Assembly: GCA_031413815.1 (NCBI GenBank)
Contig: JANOFU010000094.1
Span: 1 to 59,152 of the forward strand
Direction of reading: 5' to 3'
Source of the DNA: Hyphomicrobium sp.
GTDB lineage: Bacteria > Pseudomonadota > Alphaproteobacteria > Rhizobiales > Hyphomicrobiaceae
DNA length: 59,152 nucleotides
Positions 30,210-39,793 of this stretch are shown in pieces. Under the pieces are notes generated by a model that saw only the letters and a list, made by a program, of their open reading frames with translations, made no database searches and had not been told where the DNA came from. The first letter of the stretch is position 1. Every line of letters begins with the position of its first letter. Both the position numbers and the translations under genes were made by a program.

Positions 30210-31331
30210 ATGTTCGCGTCCATCCGGGCCGTTTTGATCGCCGCAGCAATCGCCGCATCTGCCGCCTTGCCAGCGCACGCCGCCAAGCGCGTCGCACTGG
30301 TCATTGGCAACTCGGGCTATGTGAACGCCAATCCGCTCACCAACCCGGCCAACGATGCGGGGGATATGGCAGACAAGCTGAAAGCTCTTGGGTTTGATGT
30401 GCTCATCGGGCTCGATCTCGACAAGAGGGGCTTCGACGCCAAGGTTCGGGATTTCGCCAGTGCCTTGGAAACCGCTGACTCCGCGATCCTGTTTTATGCC
30501 GGGCATGGGCTGCAGGTTGCGGGTCAAAACTATCTGGTGCCCATCGATGCCAAACTGGAACGCGAGCGTGACCTTGAGTTCGAAGCCGTCCGGCTTGATT
30601 TCATTTTGAAGCAGATGGAGCTCGGCCGCGAGGACAAGACCAACGTCGTGTTCCTCGATGCCTGCCGCGACAACCCGCTGTCGCGTTCGTTGGCCCGCAC
30701 CATGGGCACTCGGTCGGCCAGCATCGGCAAGGGCCTCGCGCAAGTGGACGCCGGTGTCGGCACCTTCATTTCCTATTCCACGCAGCCCGGCAACGTGGCG
30801 CTCGACGGCGAGGGCCGCAATTCGCCGTTCGCTGCTGCCCTCGTGAAGCGCATGGCCGCAGGGGGCGGCAATCTCACATCAGTGATGATTGATGTGCGCA
30901 AGGACGTGATCGCATCAACCGGCGGCAAGCAAGTCCCCTGGGATCACTCGGCCCTGACAGGTGAGTTCTATTTCGACCCCAGTGCAAAAGGTGAAGACAG
31001 TGAAGCGTTGCAGGGCCGAGTTAAGCAGCTTGAAGATGAAGTGAAAGCGAAATCCCAGTCAGCCAATGTCGCGACGACAGCCGCTCTGACCCAGCTACGC
31101 CAGCGCGTCAAGGAAATGGACCGGGAAACCAATCAAGATCGCGATCGGATGTTTGCCGTTCAGCGCCAGCAGTTCGATGTCGAAGACGGATCAAAGCGCA
31201 TTGCCAACATCCAGGAGGTCGGCCGCCTGCAGCGCGCAATGATTCAGCGCGTTAAGGACAAGGCGGAGTTACAGGCGGAAGTCGAACGCCTGGAGAAAGA
31301 GCTGGGTATTGTTCCGGAGGAAAAGAAGTAA
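30210..31331 (+). CDS. secreted caspase-family (peptidase C14) protein with a C-terminal coiled coil
   Basis: Signal peptide. His-Cys dyad context (YAGHGLQV ... VFLDACRDNP). C-terminal heptad-rich region (QGRVKQLEDEVKAK ... AELQAEVERLEKEL). Confidence 0.75.
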   Translation: MFASIRAVLIAAAIAASAALPAHAAKRVALVIGNSGYVNANPLTNPANDAGDMADKLKALGFDVLIGLDLDKRGFDAKVRDFASALETADSAILFYAGHGLQVAGQNYLVPIDAKLERERDLEFEAVRLDFILKQMELGREDKTNVVFLDACRDNPLSRSLARTMGTRSASIGKGLAQVDAGVGTFISYSTQPGNVALDGEGRNSPFAAALVKRMAAGGGNLTSVMIDVRKDVIASTGGKQVPWDHSALTGEFYFDPSAKGEDSEALQGRVKQLEDEVKAKSQSANVATTAALTQLRQRVKEMDRETNQDRDRMFAVQRQQFDVEDGSKRIANIQEVGRLQRAMIQRVKDKAELQAEVERLEKELGIVPEEKK

Positions 31332-31433
31332 GTGGGCTGACCCGGACGTGACCCCGCTAGGCCGGTGTCTGACCCTGAGGGTCAGACACCTATCGCATCA
31401 GGTGGCCTTCATCCCAATACCGCTAGTTCGATA

Positions 31434-31868
31434 CTACGTCCGCCAGGGATGCGCCGGCAAATCCGAGACGCCGATCACTTTGACGCCAGCAGCGGCGACC
31501 ATGTGATCGTTCTCGACCGAGCTGCCCGACACCCCGATCGCGCCGATCAAGACACCATCCTTATCGACAATCGGCAATCCACCGGGAAACGTAATGAGAC
31601 CGTCGTTCGAATGCTCGATCGCATAAAGCGGTTTACCCGGCTGCGAGAGCTTGCCCAGCTCACCCGTTGGCATACCAAAGAACACGGCGGTCTTGGCCTT
31701 CTTGATGGCGATGTCGATCGACCCCACCCAGGCATCATCCATGCGATGAAACGCCTTCAGGTTGCCGCCCGAGTCGACAACAGCGATGCACATCATCGTT
31801 TCGGTTTTTTTGGCGGCGGTGCGCGCGGCGGCAATGATTTTCTGAGCGTCGTCGATGGTCACGTGCAT
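31434..31868 (-). CDS. GlcG/DUF336 (HbpS-like) protein
   Basis: DUF336 core ([16 protein letters not shown] ... [16 protein letters not shown]). Confidence 0.75.
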   Translation of the reverse strand: MHVTIDDAQKIIAAARTAAKKTETMMCIAVVDSGGNLKAFHRMDDAWVGSIDIAIKKAKTAVFFGMPTGELGKLSQPGKPLYAIEHSNDGLITFPGGLPIVDKDGVLIGAIGVSGSSVENDHMVAAAGVKVIGVSDLPAHPWRT

Positions 31869-32015
31869 TTGGGAAGTGGCTCCTCGAAGGCGGGAAAATC
31901 TCAGCGGCGGGTGTCACAGTGGATATGAGGTTTCAGACGCTGCAAGTCAATATCCGCCGTTACACCTGAGGTCGTTGTGGGTGACGCGACATTAAAGAGT
32001 GTTGAGGACCGCAGG

Positions 32016-32624
32016 CTACTCGTACTTCGCTTGAGCAACGCCCAGTTTTCTGTTGGTGATTTCACCGGCCGAAGGGTCCGCTGCAACCGCGACCTTTAAA
32101 TACTTTTTGCGCTGTTTTTCGGCCGTAGGGCTGCCGCCCAGGAATGCAACAAACTGAGCCTCAAGCTCCTTGGCAATCTTGGTTTTTATGAGCTTTGTTG
32201 CTTTGGCCTGCGCCAGCTTTTGAGCCGCACGCTTCTGAGCTGTCTTCTTGGCGTTGCGCGCGCTCGCCTGCTTCTGGGTGAGGCTCGGCCGAACCACAGG
32301 ACGTTTCACCGTTTCGGCGTCGTCCAGCGCAATCGCGAGTACCGGAACGGGAGCTGCTGGCACACGGAAGGCCAGGACAGGTGGGCGCACCAGTCGAGGA
32401 ACTTCGTCACGCGCTTGCGTTTGAGCAATGAGTTCTTGTTCGACGCGTGAGGCTTGGCGGGCCTCAGCGGGCACAGCCTGATTGTGTAGTGCAGTGCCAC
32501 TTGAAACCAGCGTGCCACCGAGTTGAACACAAGCTGCGGACAGCAATCCGGCCCACGCCACGTACGCGACTACGGACCATGTCCACACTGGAACTCGCAG
32601 CGACCCCAAACTCACGCAATACAA
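32016..32624 (-). CDS. hypothetical membrane-anchored protein with a Pro-rich linker and a Lys/Ala-rich (histone H1-like) C-terminus
   Basis: N-terminal TM segment. KKTAQKRAAQKLAQAKATKLIKTKIAKELEAQ low-complexity region. Lies downstream of the SPFH gene on the same strand. Confidence 0.45.
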   Translation of the reverse strand: MYCVSLGSLRVPVWTWSVVAYVAWAGLLSAACVQLGGTLVSSGTALHNQAVPAEARQASRVEQELIAQTQARDEVPRLVRPPVLAFRVPAAPVPVLAIALDDAETVKRPVVRPSLTQKQASARNAKKTAQKRAAQKLAQAKATKLIKTKIAKELEAQFVAFLGGSPTAEKQRKKYLKVAVAADPSAGEITNRKLGVAQAKYE

Positions 32625-32884
32625 CTCCCACTCACGACTGGATTCTGACTATCAGCTTCATTCACACGCTGTGTAACGAACAGCCGTGAACGGGCAATCT
32701 GCGCTCGATTTTGGTTAACGTGCGCCACGTGTGAGCGTTCCCAGGTGAGCGAAGGCAAAGCCTGTGAACCCGTTAGGAGCCGTTGACGATCAGAGGCTAT
32801 TCACACCTTGGCATAAGGCAGTGTGGACCTGCGAAGTCAACATGCTCCGCATGCATATCAGAGTTGCGCGCGCGACGAAGTGAT

Positions 32885-32919
32885 TGGTGTGAGACACCTT
32901 TTAGAGGTGTCTCACACCG
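32885..32919. terminator. 14-bp perfect-stem hairpin (TGGTGTGAGACACC-ttttaga-GGTGTCTCACACCA) immediately 3' of the SPFH gene
   Basis: Seen directly in the sequence. No flanking U-tract on the minus strand, so its terminator function is uncertain. Confidence 0.4.
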
Positions 32920-32928
32920 TCTGTCGCG

Positions 32929-34092
32929 TTACGCCTTAGGCTCGTCCTTGCCGCCCAACTTGTACAAGTTGGTCAGCAGCGCTTCGAAACCGCCTGCACC
33001 GTTGCCTGCGTGCAGGTCAATGCGGCCGACCTTCTCAACAAGCTTTTCCAACGCTTCGAGTTCCTTCAGGCGGAGCAGCAGAGGGTTGTTCTCCATCAGC
33101 TTCGACGTGTTGAGCAGCGAGCGCGTGGCTGCCGTTTCTTCCTGGCGGCGGATCAAGTTGGCCTTCGCCACCCGTTCTGCCTCCACGACCTTGTTCAACA
33201 GCTCGCGGATGTCGCCCGGCAGGATGACATCCTTGACGCCGATCTCGCCGACTTCAGCACCAAGAGCCGCGGCACGCTCCGACACGTAGGCGCGAACCTG
33301 CGCATCGATGGTGTCGCGCGCTCCCAGAATGTCGTCCAGCGTGCGCGTCGCTACGGCCTCGCGGATCGCGAACTGCACGAGCCGGTAGAGCGTGGCGTTG
33401 ACGTCACCGGACGCCAGAGCCGCCTTCTCCGGATCGATGATCTTTGTGAACGCGGTCAGCGTCACACGAATTCCAATCCGATCCTTGGTCAGGATTTCCT
33501 GTGCCGTCACCTCAAGTGGCGTCGGGCGCAGATCGACTTTGGTCACGCGGACGATGCGGCCGACCTGCCAGAAGGCATGACGGCCCGGCTTGAGGCGTTC
33601 CTTCATCTCGCCGTCCACGAACAGCAGACCCGCTTCGTGTGCTTCGACCACTGTGGTGACTACGACTGACCCGCTGCGCGCCGCATCGAGCTTGTCGAGG
33701 TGACGCTTGGCAACACGCAGTTCGGTGGCCGTGTCGATACGTTCAACATCGACAGCCGTCAGCGTCTTCCAGAACGCACGCGTCGAGTTTGGCAACACAA
33801 GGTGCTTGGGCTCGCCATCAAACGACACAATGGCGACTTCCGTCGACCCCGTCTGCACGATCTCGAAATTGTCTTCCGCGATCTGCGGCTGTGTGCGCTC
33901 AAACAGCAAAGCCTTGTCGGCTGGCAATTCTGCGCGCACGACCTTCACCGTATCGGACGCAACGCGGCCCATCGGATCGAACACAGAAACCCGGCCGGCA
34001 CCCAGCAAACGCTCGAACGTACCGTTGCGCGTCAGAAATGCGCGCTCGTCGTCCTTGACGACAATGGTGGTCCAGAGGGAGGGCCGGGTCAT
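32929..34092 (-). CDS. SPFH/band-7 domain protein (stomatin/flotillin-like)
   Basis: Band-7 core and a long coiled-coil C-terminus. Start ATG at 34092 with an N-terminal TM segment. Confidence 0.8.
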   Translation of the reverse strand: MTRPSLWTTIVVKDDERAFLTRNGTFERLLGAGRVSVFDPMGRVASDTVKVVRAELPADKALLFERTQPQIAEDNFEIVQTGSTEVAIVSFDGEPKHLVLPNSTRAFWKTLTAVDVERIDTATELRVAKRHLDKLDAARSGSVVVTTVVEAHEAGLLFVDGEMKERLKPGRHAFWQVGRIVRVTKVDLRPTPLEVTAQEILTKDRIGIRVTLTAFTKIIDPEKAALASGDVNATLYRLVQFAIREAVATRTLDDILGARDTIDAQVRAYVSERAAALGAEVGEIGVKDVILPGDIRELLNKVVEAERVAKANLIRRQEETAATRSLLNTSKLMENNPLLLRLKELEALEKLVEKVGRIDLHAGNGAGGFEALLTNLYKLGGKDEPKA

Positions 34093-34465
34093 GATATAAA
34101 CTCCTAAAAAAGTGGCAGCAGGCAGCAGGCATCGGGCAACAAATACAGAATCACTTCTACCGTTGCCTGCTGCCCAATACCTGCTGCCCAAAAAAGGTCA
34201 CCAGCCGCCACACCACACCGGTGACACGGGCCCCCGCTTAAGCCAAGCCGCACCGCCCTCTGCCACGCACTCGACCCAACGCCCGTCCCGAGGAACGAAC
34301 GCAAGGCCGGGCACGCAGCTCCGGCTTAGCGGCGAGGCGGTATCCGCGGGAACGCGAAGCGCATCGGCGGTTGCTGTCGCTCACTCACCCTCGGCCGAAG
34401 CTTCAGGTTTGAAAGGTCAGGCGGGCATGACGGCTGGCTTCCATGGTTCAAGATCGCTTCGTATG

Positions 34466-34536
34466 CGATTGGCATGGGAGTCGAACCCACGACACCAAGA
34501 TTACAGTCTTGTGCTCTACCCACTGAGCTAGCCGTT
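34466..34536 (-). other. degenerate tRNA-like element (D-arm, anticodon hairpin and T-arm recognisable; acceptor stem does not pair)
   Basis: Carries TAGCTCAGTGGGTAGAGC and a T-loop GTGGGTTCGACTCCCAT. The anticodon hairpin CAAGA-CUGUAA-UCUUG has a 6-nt loop. The 5'/3' acceptor strands AAACGGC/GCCAATC pair at only 4 of 7 positions. It abuts the next tRNA. Confidence 0.3.
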
Positions 34537-34610
34537 TGGAGAAGCTAAAGGGAATCGAACCCCCGACCTCCCGATTACAGTCGGGTGCTCTACCACTGAG
34601 CTACAGCCTC
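34537..34610 (-). tRNA. tRNA-like gene with encoded CCA, G3-U70 in the acceptor stem and a 6-nt anticodon loop CUGUAA (identity undetermined; GUA-like)
   Basis: Reverse complement reads GAGGCTG TA GCTC AGTGGTA GAGC A CCCGA CTGTAA TCGGG AGGTC GGGGG TTCGATT CCCTT TAGCTTC T CCA. U8, A14, G18G19, T54-C56 and A58 are conserved. Acceptor pairs at 7/7 positions with two G-U wobbles. Confidence 0.5.
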
Positions 34611-34777
34611 GGTTTTCCCTTCGAAGCGCGGAACACACCACCGCAAAGCGGCGCGCGCCAGCCGGGTCTCAAAGAGCCCGGACACATGGCATCCCGTCGG
34701 GAGCGGGGATTAGCCGCAAGATTGGGGCGGAATTACAGCGGAACCGGCCTTTCGGCCTGTGGACTCAGTTCAGGTCT

Positions 34778-34798
34778 AGTTGCAAATGATTTGCAACT
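34778..34798. promoter_or_regulatory. perfect 21-bp palindrome AGTTGCAAAT-G-ATTTGCAACT about 17 bp upstream of mntH; candidate Mur/Fur-family (Mn-responsive) operator
   Basis: Exact dyad symmetry seen in the sequence. Position matches Mur-repressed mntH promoters in Rhizobiales. Confidence 0.45.
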
Positions 34799-34814
34799 GC
34801 AGTAGTCTTGCGAG

Positions 34815-36170
34815 ATGGATATCCGTGTCGCCTCCACTGAAGCCCCACCCAGCCGCGGTTGGCGGCAAAAATCTGAAAATCCCCCCCTGTCGGAAGTGTT
34901 CCGGAGCATCCGTGTTCCGTCGAATGTCACGGGCTGGAGGAAGCTGTTTGCGTTTGCCGGTCCCGGCTACCTGGTTGCTGTCGGCTATATGGACCCCGGC
35001 AACTGGGCGACTTCACTCGCAGGCGGATCGAAGTTTGGCTATGCGCTGCTGTTCGTCGCGCTGTTGTCCAACATCATGGCGATTATTCTTCAGTCGCTGT
35101 GTGCGCGGCTTGGCATTGCCACGAGCCGCGACCTCGCACAGGCCTGCCGCGATGCATTCCCGAAACCCGTCGCATGGGTGTTGTGGCTGTTTGCTGAACT
35201 TGCCATTTGTGCCACCGACTTGGCGGAGGTGATCGGCACGGCGATCGGATTAAACCTATTGTTCGGCATTCCGCTGGAACTCGGTGTCGTCATCACAGCT
35301 CTTGATGTGTTCCTCGTGCTGTGGATGCAAAATCTCGGGTTCCGCTGGATCGAAGCCTTTATCGTCGGGCTTCTCGTCGTGATCGCTGGCTGTTTCGCAG
35401 TCCAGATCGCGCTGGTCGATCCTGTGTGGGGCGACGTCATCAAGGGCTTTGCACCGACCACATCGATCGTCACCAACCCGGACATGCTTTATCTGGCGCT
35501 CGGCATCATCGGTGCGACGGTGATGCCGCATAATCTTTATCTGCATTCCGCGATTGTGCAGACCCGCAACTACGGCGACAGCTCTATTGAAAAGCACTCA
35601 GCCATCAAGTTCGCGACGATCGATTCAACCGTTGCGCTGATGTTTGCGTTGCTCGTCAACGCCTCCATTCTCATTCTTGCGGCCGCAACGTTCCATACCG
35701 CCGGGCGCACGGATGTTTCCGATCTTAGCGAAGCGCATTCCTTGCTGATGCCGTTGGTTGGCAGCACGGCCGCTCCGATGCTGTTTGCGGTCGCGCTGCT
35801 GTGCTGCGGGCTGAGTTCCACGGTGACGGCGACGCTCGCAGGGCAAGCCGTGATGGAAGGCTTCATCAATTTCCGCCTTGCGCCGTGGTTGCGCCGTCTC
35901 GTGACGCGAGCGGTTGCGATCGTACCGGCTGTCGCCGTGATCATGATCTATGGCAGCGGCGAAATGGGCAAACTCCTCATCCTCAGCCAGGTGGTGTTGA
36001 GCTTTCAGCTGCCGTTCGCCGTCGTGCCTTTGGTGATGTTCACGGCAGACAGGGCCAAAATGGGCGAGTTCACAGCGCCCCGTTGGCTGACAGCCATCGC
36101 CGCCTTGGTGGCAACGATCATCATCGCCCTGAACATCAAACTGCTGGTCGACTTCGCGACAGGAAGCTAA
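34815..36170 (+). CDS. mntH: Nramp-family Mn2+/Fe2+ transporter
   Basis: Nramp signatures [18 protein letters not shown] and [15 protein letters not shown]. 11 TM helices. Confidence 0.9.
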   Translation: MDIRVASTEAPPSRGWRQKSENPPLSEVFRSIRVPSNVTGWRKLFAFAGPGYLVAVGYMDPGNWATSLAGGSKFGYALLFVALLSNIMAIILQSLCARLGIATSRDLAQACRDAFPKPVAWVLWLFAELAICATDLAEVIGTAIGLNLLFGIPLELGVVITALDVFLVLWMQNLGFRWIEAFIVGLLVVIAGCFAVQIALVDPVWGDVIKGFAPTTSIVTNPDMLYLALGIIGATVMPHNLYLHSAIVQTRNYGDSSIEKHSAIKFATIDSTVALMFALLVNASILILAAATFHTAGRTDVSDLSEAHSLLMPLVGSTAAPMLFAVALLCCGLSSTVTATLAGQAVMEGFINFRLAPWLRRLVTRAVAIVPAVAVIMIYGSGEMGKLLILSQVVLSFQLPFAVVPLVMFTADRAKMGEFTAPRWLTAIAALVATIIIALNIKLLVDFATGS

Positions 36171-36261
36171 CCTTACGGTTGTCTGGTTCAGGTCTTTGCC
36201 AGCTTGGCTGTGATAATGGATTGTTGAATGAAACCGGCAGTGCCGACGCGGCAAGACACGC

Positions 36262-36410
36262 CCCCCTCTCCCTTTGGGAGAGGGTTAGGGTGAGGGGTGA
36301 CAATCCCAACATTGAAGCACCAAAACCCCTCACCCAGTTCGCCAAAAACGAGTTAGCAAAATCGCTAACTCGTGGCGAACTTGCCCTCTCCCTATGGGAG
36401 AGGGGATCGG
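36262..36410. repeat. intergenic nested palindromic (REP-like) repeat cluster
   Basis: CCCTCTCCC-ttt-GGGAGAGGG appears twice (36264-36284 and about 36385-36406). Between the copies lie GGGTGAGGGG...CCCCTCACCC and GTTAGC-aaaatc-GCTAAC. Confidence 0.45.
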
Positions 36411-36594
36411 CCGGAGCTCAACCTGACAGTCGTGACCTAATTTGAATTGGGCCTTCACTTGTGCCGTTGACGCATCGCGGCGTGTGACTCAAAGTTAACG
36501 GTGTCTGTGATTTTTTGCAGTTGTACCGTTTTTCGCGGCGGGCCAGTTTCCCCGGCCCGCAAACTGCGTTAGGCGTGGGTCGGGGGAGCCGGCC

Positions 36595-38274
36595 ATGACA
36601 CGCCTATCCAAACCGCTGGATCAATTGAAGCCGCGCTACGATGCCGTCATCGTCGGCTCGGGATATGGCGGCGGCGTGTCCGCGTCGCATCTAGCGCGAG
36701 CGGGCAAGAGCGTCGCCGTTCTGGAACGCGGCCGCGAGATTCTGACCGGCGAGTTTCCGGCTAAGTTTCCCGAACTCAAAAACGATATGCAGGTGCGCGG
36801 CAAGCACATCAAGACGGGGCCCGACACGGCCCTGTTTGATGTGCGGCTAGGCGAGGATATGCATGTACTCGTCGGCTGCGGGCTTGGCGGCGGTTCGCTG
36901 GTCAACGCTGGCGTCTCGCTGCGGCCCGATCCGCGCGTGTTCGCCGATGAGGTCTGGCCGGGACAAATCCGGCAGGATGGGACGCTCGACAAAGGGTATG
37001 CGCGAGCGGAACAATGGCTGCGGCCAGCGAGCGATCCGCGCGCCCATGAGATGACCAAATGCGGCGTGCTGGCGAACGCGGGCCGCGCGCTTGGCATGGA
37101 CGTCGTGACGCCCCGTGTGGCCGTGAGCTTCGAAGACACCACCAACCCTGCTGGCTTACATCAGCCAGCGTGCACGCGCTGCGGCGATTGCTGTGGCGGC
37201 TGCAATGTAGGCGCCAAGAACACAGTGGCACTGACCTATCTGCCGGACGCTGCCCATCACGGCGCTGAGATGTTCACGGAGATCACTGTCCGGCATGTTT
37301 CGAAGGTGCCAGATGGTGGCTGGCGCGTCCATGCCACGCGCAGCGGCTCGAAAACAAGCGGAGAGGGACACTTCGAGATTGAAGCCGAGGTTGTCGTGCT
37401 GGCTGCGGGAACGCTTGGATCCACTGAAATCCTGCTGCGATCGCGCGACAATGGTCTCCAAGTGTCGCATCGCCTCGGTCAACGCTTTTCCGCCAACGGC
37501 GATATCATCGCGTTCGGATATGGCGCCAAGGTGCCGGTCAATGCCATCGGTGTCGGGCATCCCTCGAAAGTGCCGGACATGGAGATTGGGGCGGCCGTTA
37601 CAGTGCAACTCGAAGTGCGCGATGCAGCCAATCTGGAAAATGAGATGTGCATCCAGGAGGGCGTGCTGCCGTCGGCGATCGCGCCGGCGCTGCCTGTGAT
37701 GTTCTTGCCAAACGGGCGGCTGCTGGGCGCGTTACAGAGTCTCATCAACGGCGTCTACAAAGGTCCATTCGCGAGCATGCAGACGTTTTTTGCTGTGTCG
37801 CATGACAGCGCGTCGGGGGCATTCCGGCTTGAGGACGATCGCCTGCAGCTCGCCTGGCCGAACGCGAAGGACGAGCCCGTTTACAAGCGCCTGGACGATG
37901 CATTGCGCGCCGTCGTCGGGCATGCCGGTGGCGACTACGTCAAGAACCCTCTGGCGGGGACCGTGATGGGTCATCAACCGGCGACCGCGCATCCGTTGGG
38001 GGGCTGCGCCATGGGGACGGATTGCGGGACGGGCGTCGTCAATCACAAGTGCCAGGTGTTCGATGGCGCGGCAGGTGGTGGATCTACCGCCGTCCACGAC
38101 GGGCTTTATGTCATCGATGGCTCGATCATCCCGCGCTCGCTCGGCGTCAATCCGCTGCTGACCATCACAGCACTGTCGGAGCGCGCGATGATCCATTTCA
38201 TGGCGGATCATGGGCTTTCTTCGCATGAAAAGGGAGTGCCCGTGGCCGCAGTGGCGTGGCGAGATGGCCGGTAG
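36595..38274 (+). CDS. GMC-family FAD oxidoreductase (cholesterol oxidase-like)
   Basis: N-terminal GSGYGGG FAD motif. C-terminal GMC signature GLYVIDGSIIPRSLGVNP. Confidence 0.85.
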   Translation: MTRLSKPLDQLKPRYDAVIVGSGYGGGVSASHLARAGKSVAVLERGREILTGEFPAKFPELKNDMQVRGKHIKTGPDTALFDVRLGEDMHVLVGCGLGGGSLVNAGVSLRPDPRVFADEVWPGQIRQDGTLDKGYARAEQWLRPASDPRAHEMTKCGVLANAGRALGMDVVTPRVAVSFEDTTNPAGLHQPACTRCGDCCGGCNVGAKNTVALTYLPDAAHHGAEMFTEITVRHVSKVPDGGWRVHATRSGSKTSGEGHFEIEAEVVVLAAGTLGSTEILLRSRDNGLQVSHRLGQRFSANGDIIAFGYGAKVPVNAIGVGHPSKVPDMEIGAAVTVQLEVRDAANLENEMCIQEGVLPSAIAPALPVMFLPNGRLLGALQSLINGVYKGPFASMQTFFAVSHDSASGAFRLEDDRLQLAWPNAKDEPVYKRLDDALRAVVGHAGGDYVKNPLAGTVMGHQPATAHPLGGCAMGTDCGTGVVNHKCQVFDGAAGGGSTAVHDGLYVIDGSIIPRSLGVNPLLTITALSERAMIHFMADHGLSSHEKGVPVAAVAWRDGR

Positions 38275-38381
38275 GTTGGGCTGAGCCCCCTTGTGAAGCC
38301 CAACAACGTTGGCGCTAAGAGTGTTGGGTTTCGCAAGAATGCCCAGCCCAACCTGCAAGATCGCAGCGAGTGAACCGGAAG

Positions 38382-39689
38382 CTAAACATCTAACGTGTTC
38401 GCCCGCTCCCACTCGGTGAAATGCGACGTGTACGAGTTCCACTCCTGCGTCTTGAGCTTGATGTAAGCGGCGGAGAACTCGTCGCCCAACGCCGCCTTGA
38501 GGCCCGTATCCTTGTCGAAGTTGCGCAAGGCATCGAGCAGGTTGAGCGGCAGCTTGGGCGCGTCCGTCACCGTATGGCCAAGCTGGTACATATCGATGTC
38601 GTGGCGCTTGCCGGGCGACGCTTTGCGCTCGATGCCGTCAAGACCGGCGGCGATGATCACAGCCTGCAAGAGGTACGGGTTCGCAGCGCCATCGGGCAGA
38701 CGCAGTTCGAACCGGCCCTTGCCCGGCACGCGCACCATGTGCGTGCGGTTGTTGCCGGTCCAGGTCACGGTGTTGGGTGCCCACGTCGCGCCGGACACCG
38801 TGCGTGGCGCATTAATGCGCTTGTAGGAGTTGACGGTCGGGTTGGTAATCGCCGACAGCGCTTCTGCGTGGCTCATGATGCCGCCGAGGAAATTGTAGCC
38901 CTGCTGCGACAGTCCCATCTCGTCAGCGCCATCGTAGAACATGTTGGTCTTGCCGGACTGGTCCCACACCGAGATATGAGCGTGGCAACCATTGCCGGTG
39001 AGACCCATAAAGGGCTTGGGCATGAAGGTCGCGCGCAGGCCGTGCTTTTCGGCGACTGACTTGGCCATGAACTTGAAGAACGAATGACGGTCGGCAGTGA
39101 TCAGGCTGTCGTCGAAGTTCCAGTTCATTTCGAACTGGCCATTGGCGTCTTCGTGGTCGTTCTGGTAGGGGCCCCAGCCGAGCTCCAGCATGTAATCGCA
39201 GATTTCTGAGATTGCATCGTAGCGGCGCATCAGGGCTTGTTGGTCGTAGCAGGGCTTGGAGGATGTATCCTTGTCATCGGAAATCTTTGTGCCATCGAGG
39301 TTCGTGAGGAAGAACTCGCATTCGACGCCAGTTTTGACATAGAGACCCAATGCGGCGGCACGCTTCATGACGTTTTTCAGAACGACGCGCGGAGCCTGCG
39401 CCACGTGCTTGTCGTTCATCACGCAATCGGCCGCGACCCAGGCGACTTCCTTCTTCCACGGTAACTGGATAACAGCGGCGGCATCCGGCATCGCGAACAT
39501 GTCGGGATGAGCAGGTGTCATATCGAGCCAGGTGGCGAACCCGGCGAACCCGGCGCCGTCCTTCTGCATGTCCGCGATCGCGGCGGCGGGCACAAGCTTG
39601 GCGCGCTGATAGCCGAAGAGATCTGTGAAGGAAATCATGAAGTAGCGGATGCCGCGTTCTTTCGCGACTGATGCGAGATCCTGTGTCAT
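38382..39689 (-). CDS. gmaS: gamma-glutamylmethylamide synthetase (glutamine synthetase type III family)
   Basis: GS catalytic domain motifs (e.g. NGCHAHISVW, NSYKRI). 435 aa. Lies downstream of mgsABC. Confidence 0.75.
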   Translation of the reverse strand: MTQDLASVAKERGIRYFMISFTDLFGYQRAKLVPAAAIADMQKDGAGFAGFATWLDMTPAHPDMFAMPDAAAVIQLPWKKEVAWVAADCVMNDKHVAQAPRVVLKNVMKRAAALGLYVKTGVECEFFLTNLDGTKISDDKDTSSKPCYDQQALMRRYDAISEICDYMLELGWGPYQNDHEDANGQFEMNWNFDDSLITADRHSFFKFMAKSVAEKHGLRATFMPKPFMGLTGNGCHAHISVWDQSGKTNMFYDGADEMGLSQQGYNFLGGIMSHAEALSAITNPTVNSYKRINAPRTVSGATWAPNTVTWTGNNRTHMVRVPGKGRFELRLPDGAANPYLLQAVIIAAGLDGIERKASPGKRHDIDMYQLGHTVTDAPKLPLNLLDALRNFDKDTGLKAALGDEFSAAYIKLKTQEWNSYTSHFTEWERANTLDV

Positions 39690-39793
39690 GGGGCGTTTCC
39701 CGGCGTTATCTTGTGTTGTGGATGGCGGTTCTTGCTTGTTTGTCTTTTGACTGTTGTCTTTTGTCCGTCGTCGTCAAAAAAAGAGGGTGGTCT

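Noticed and set aside
31365-31928. 187-aa plus-strand ORF
   Set aside because: Antisense to the well-supported GlcG-like gene.
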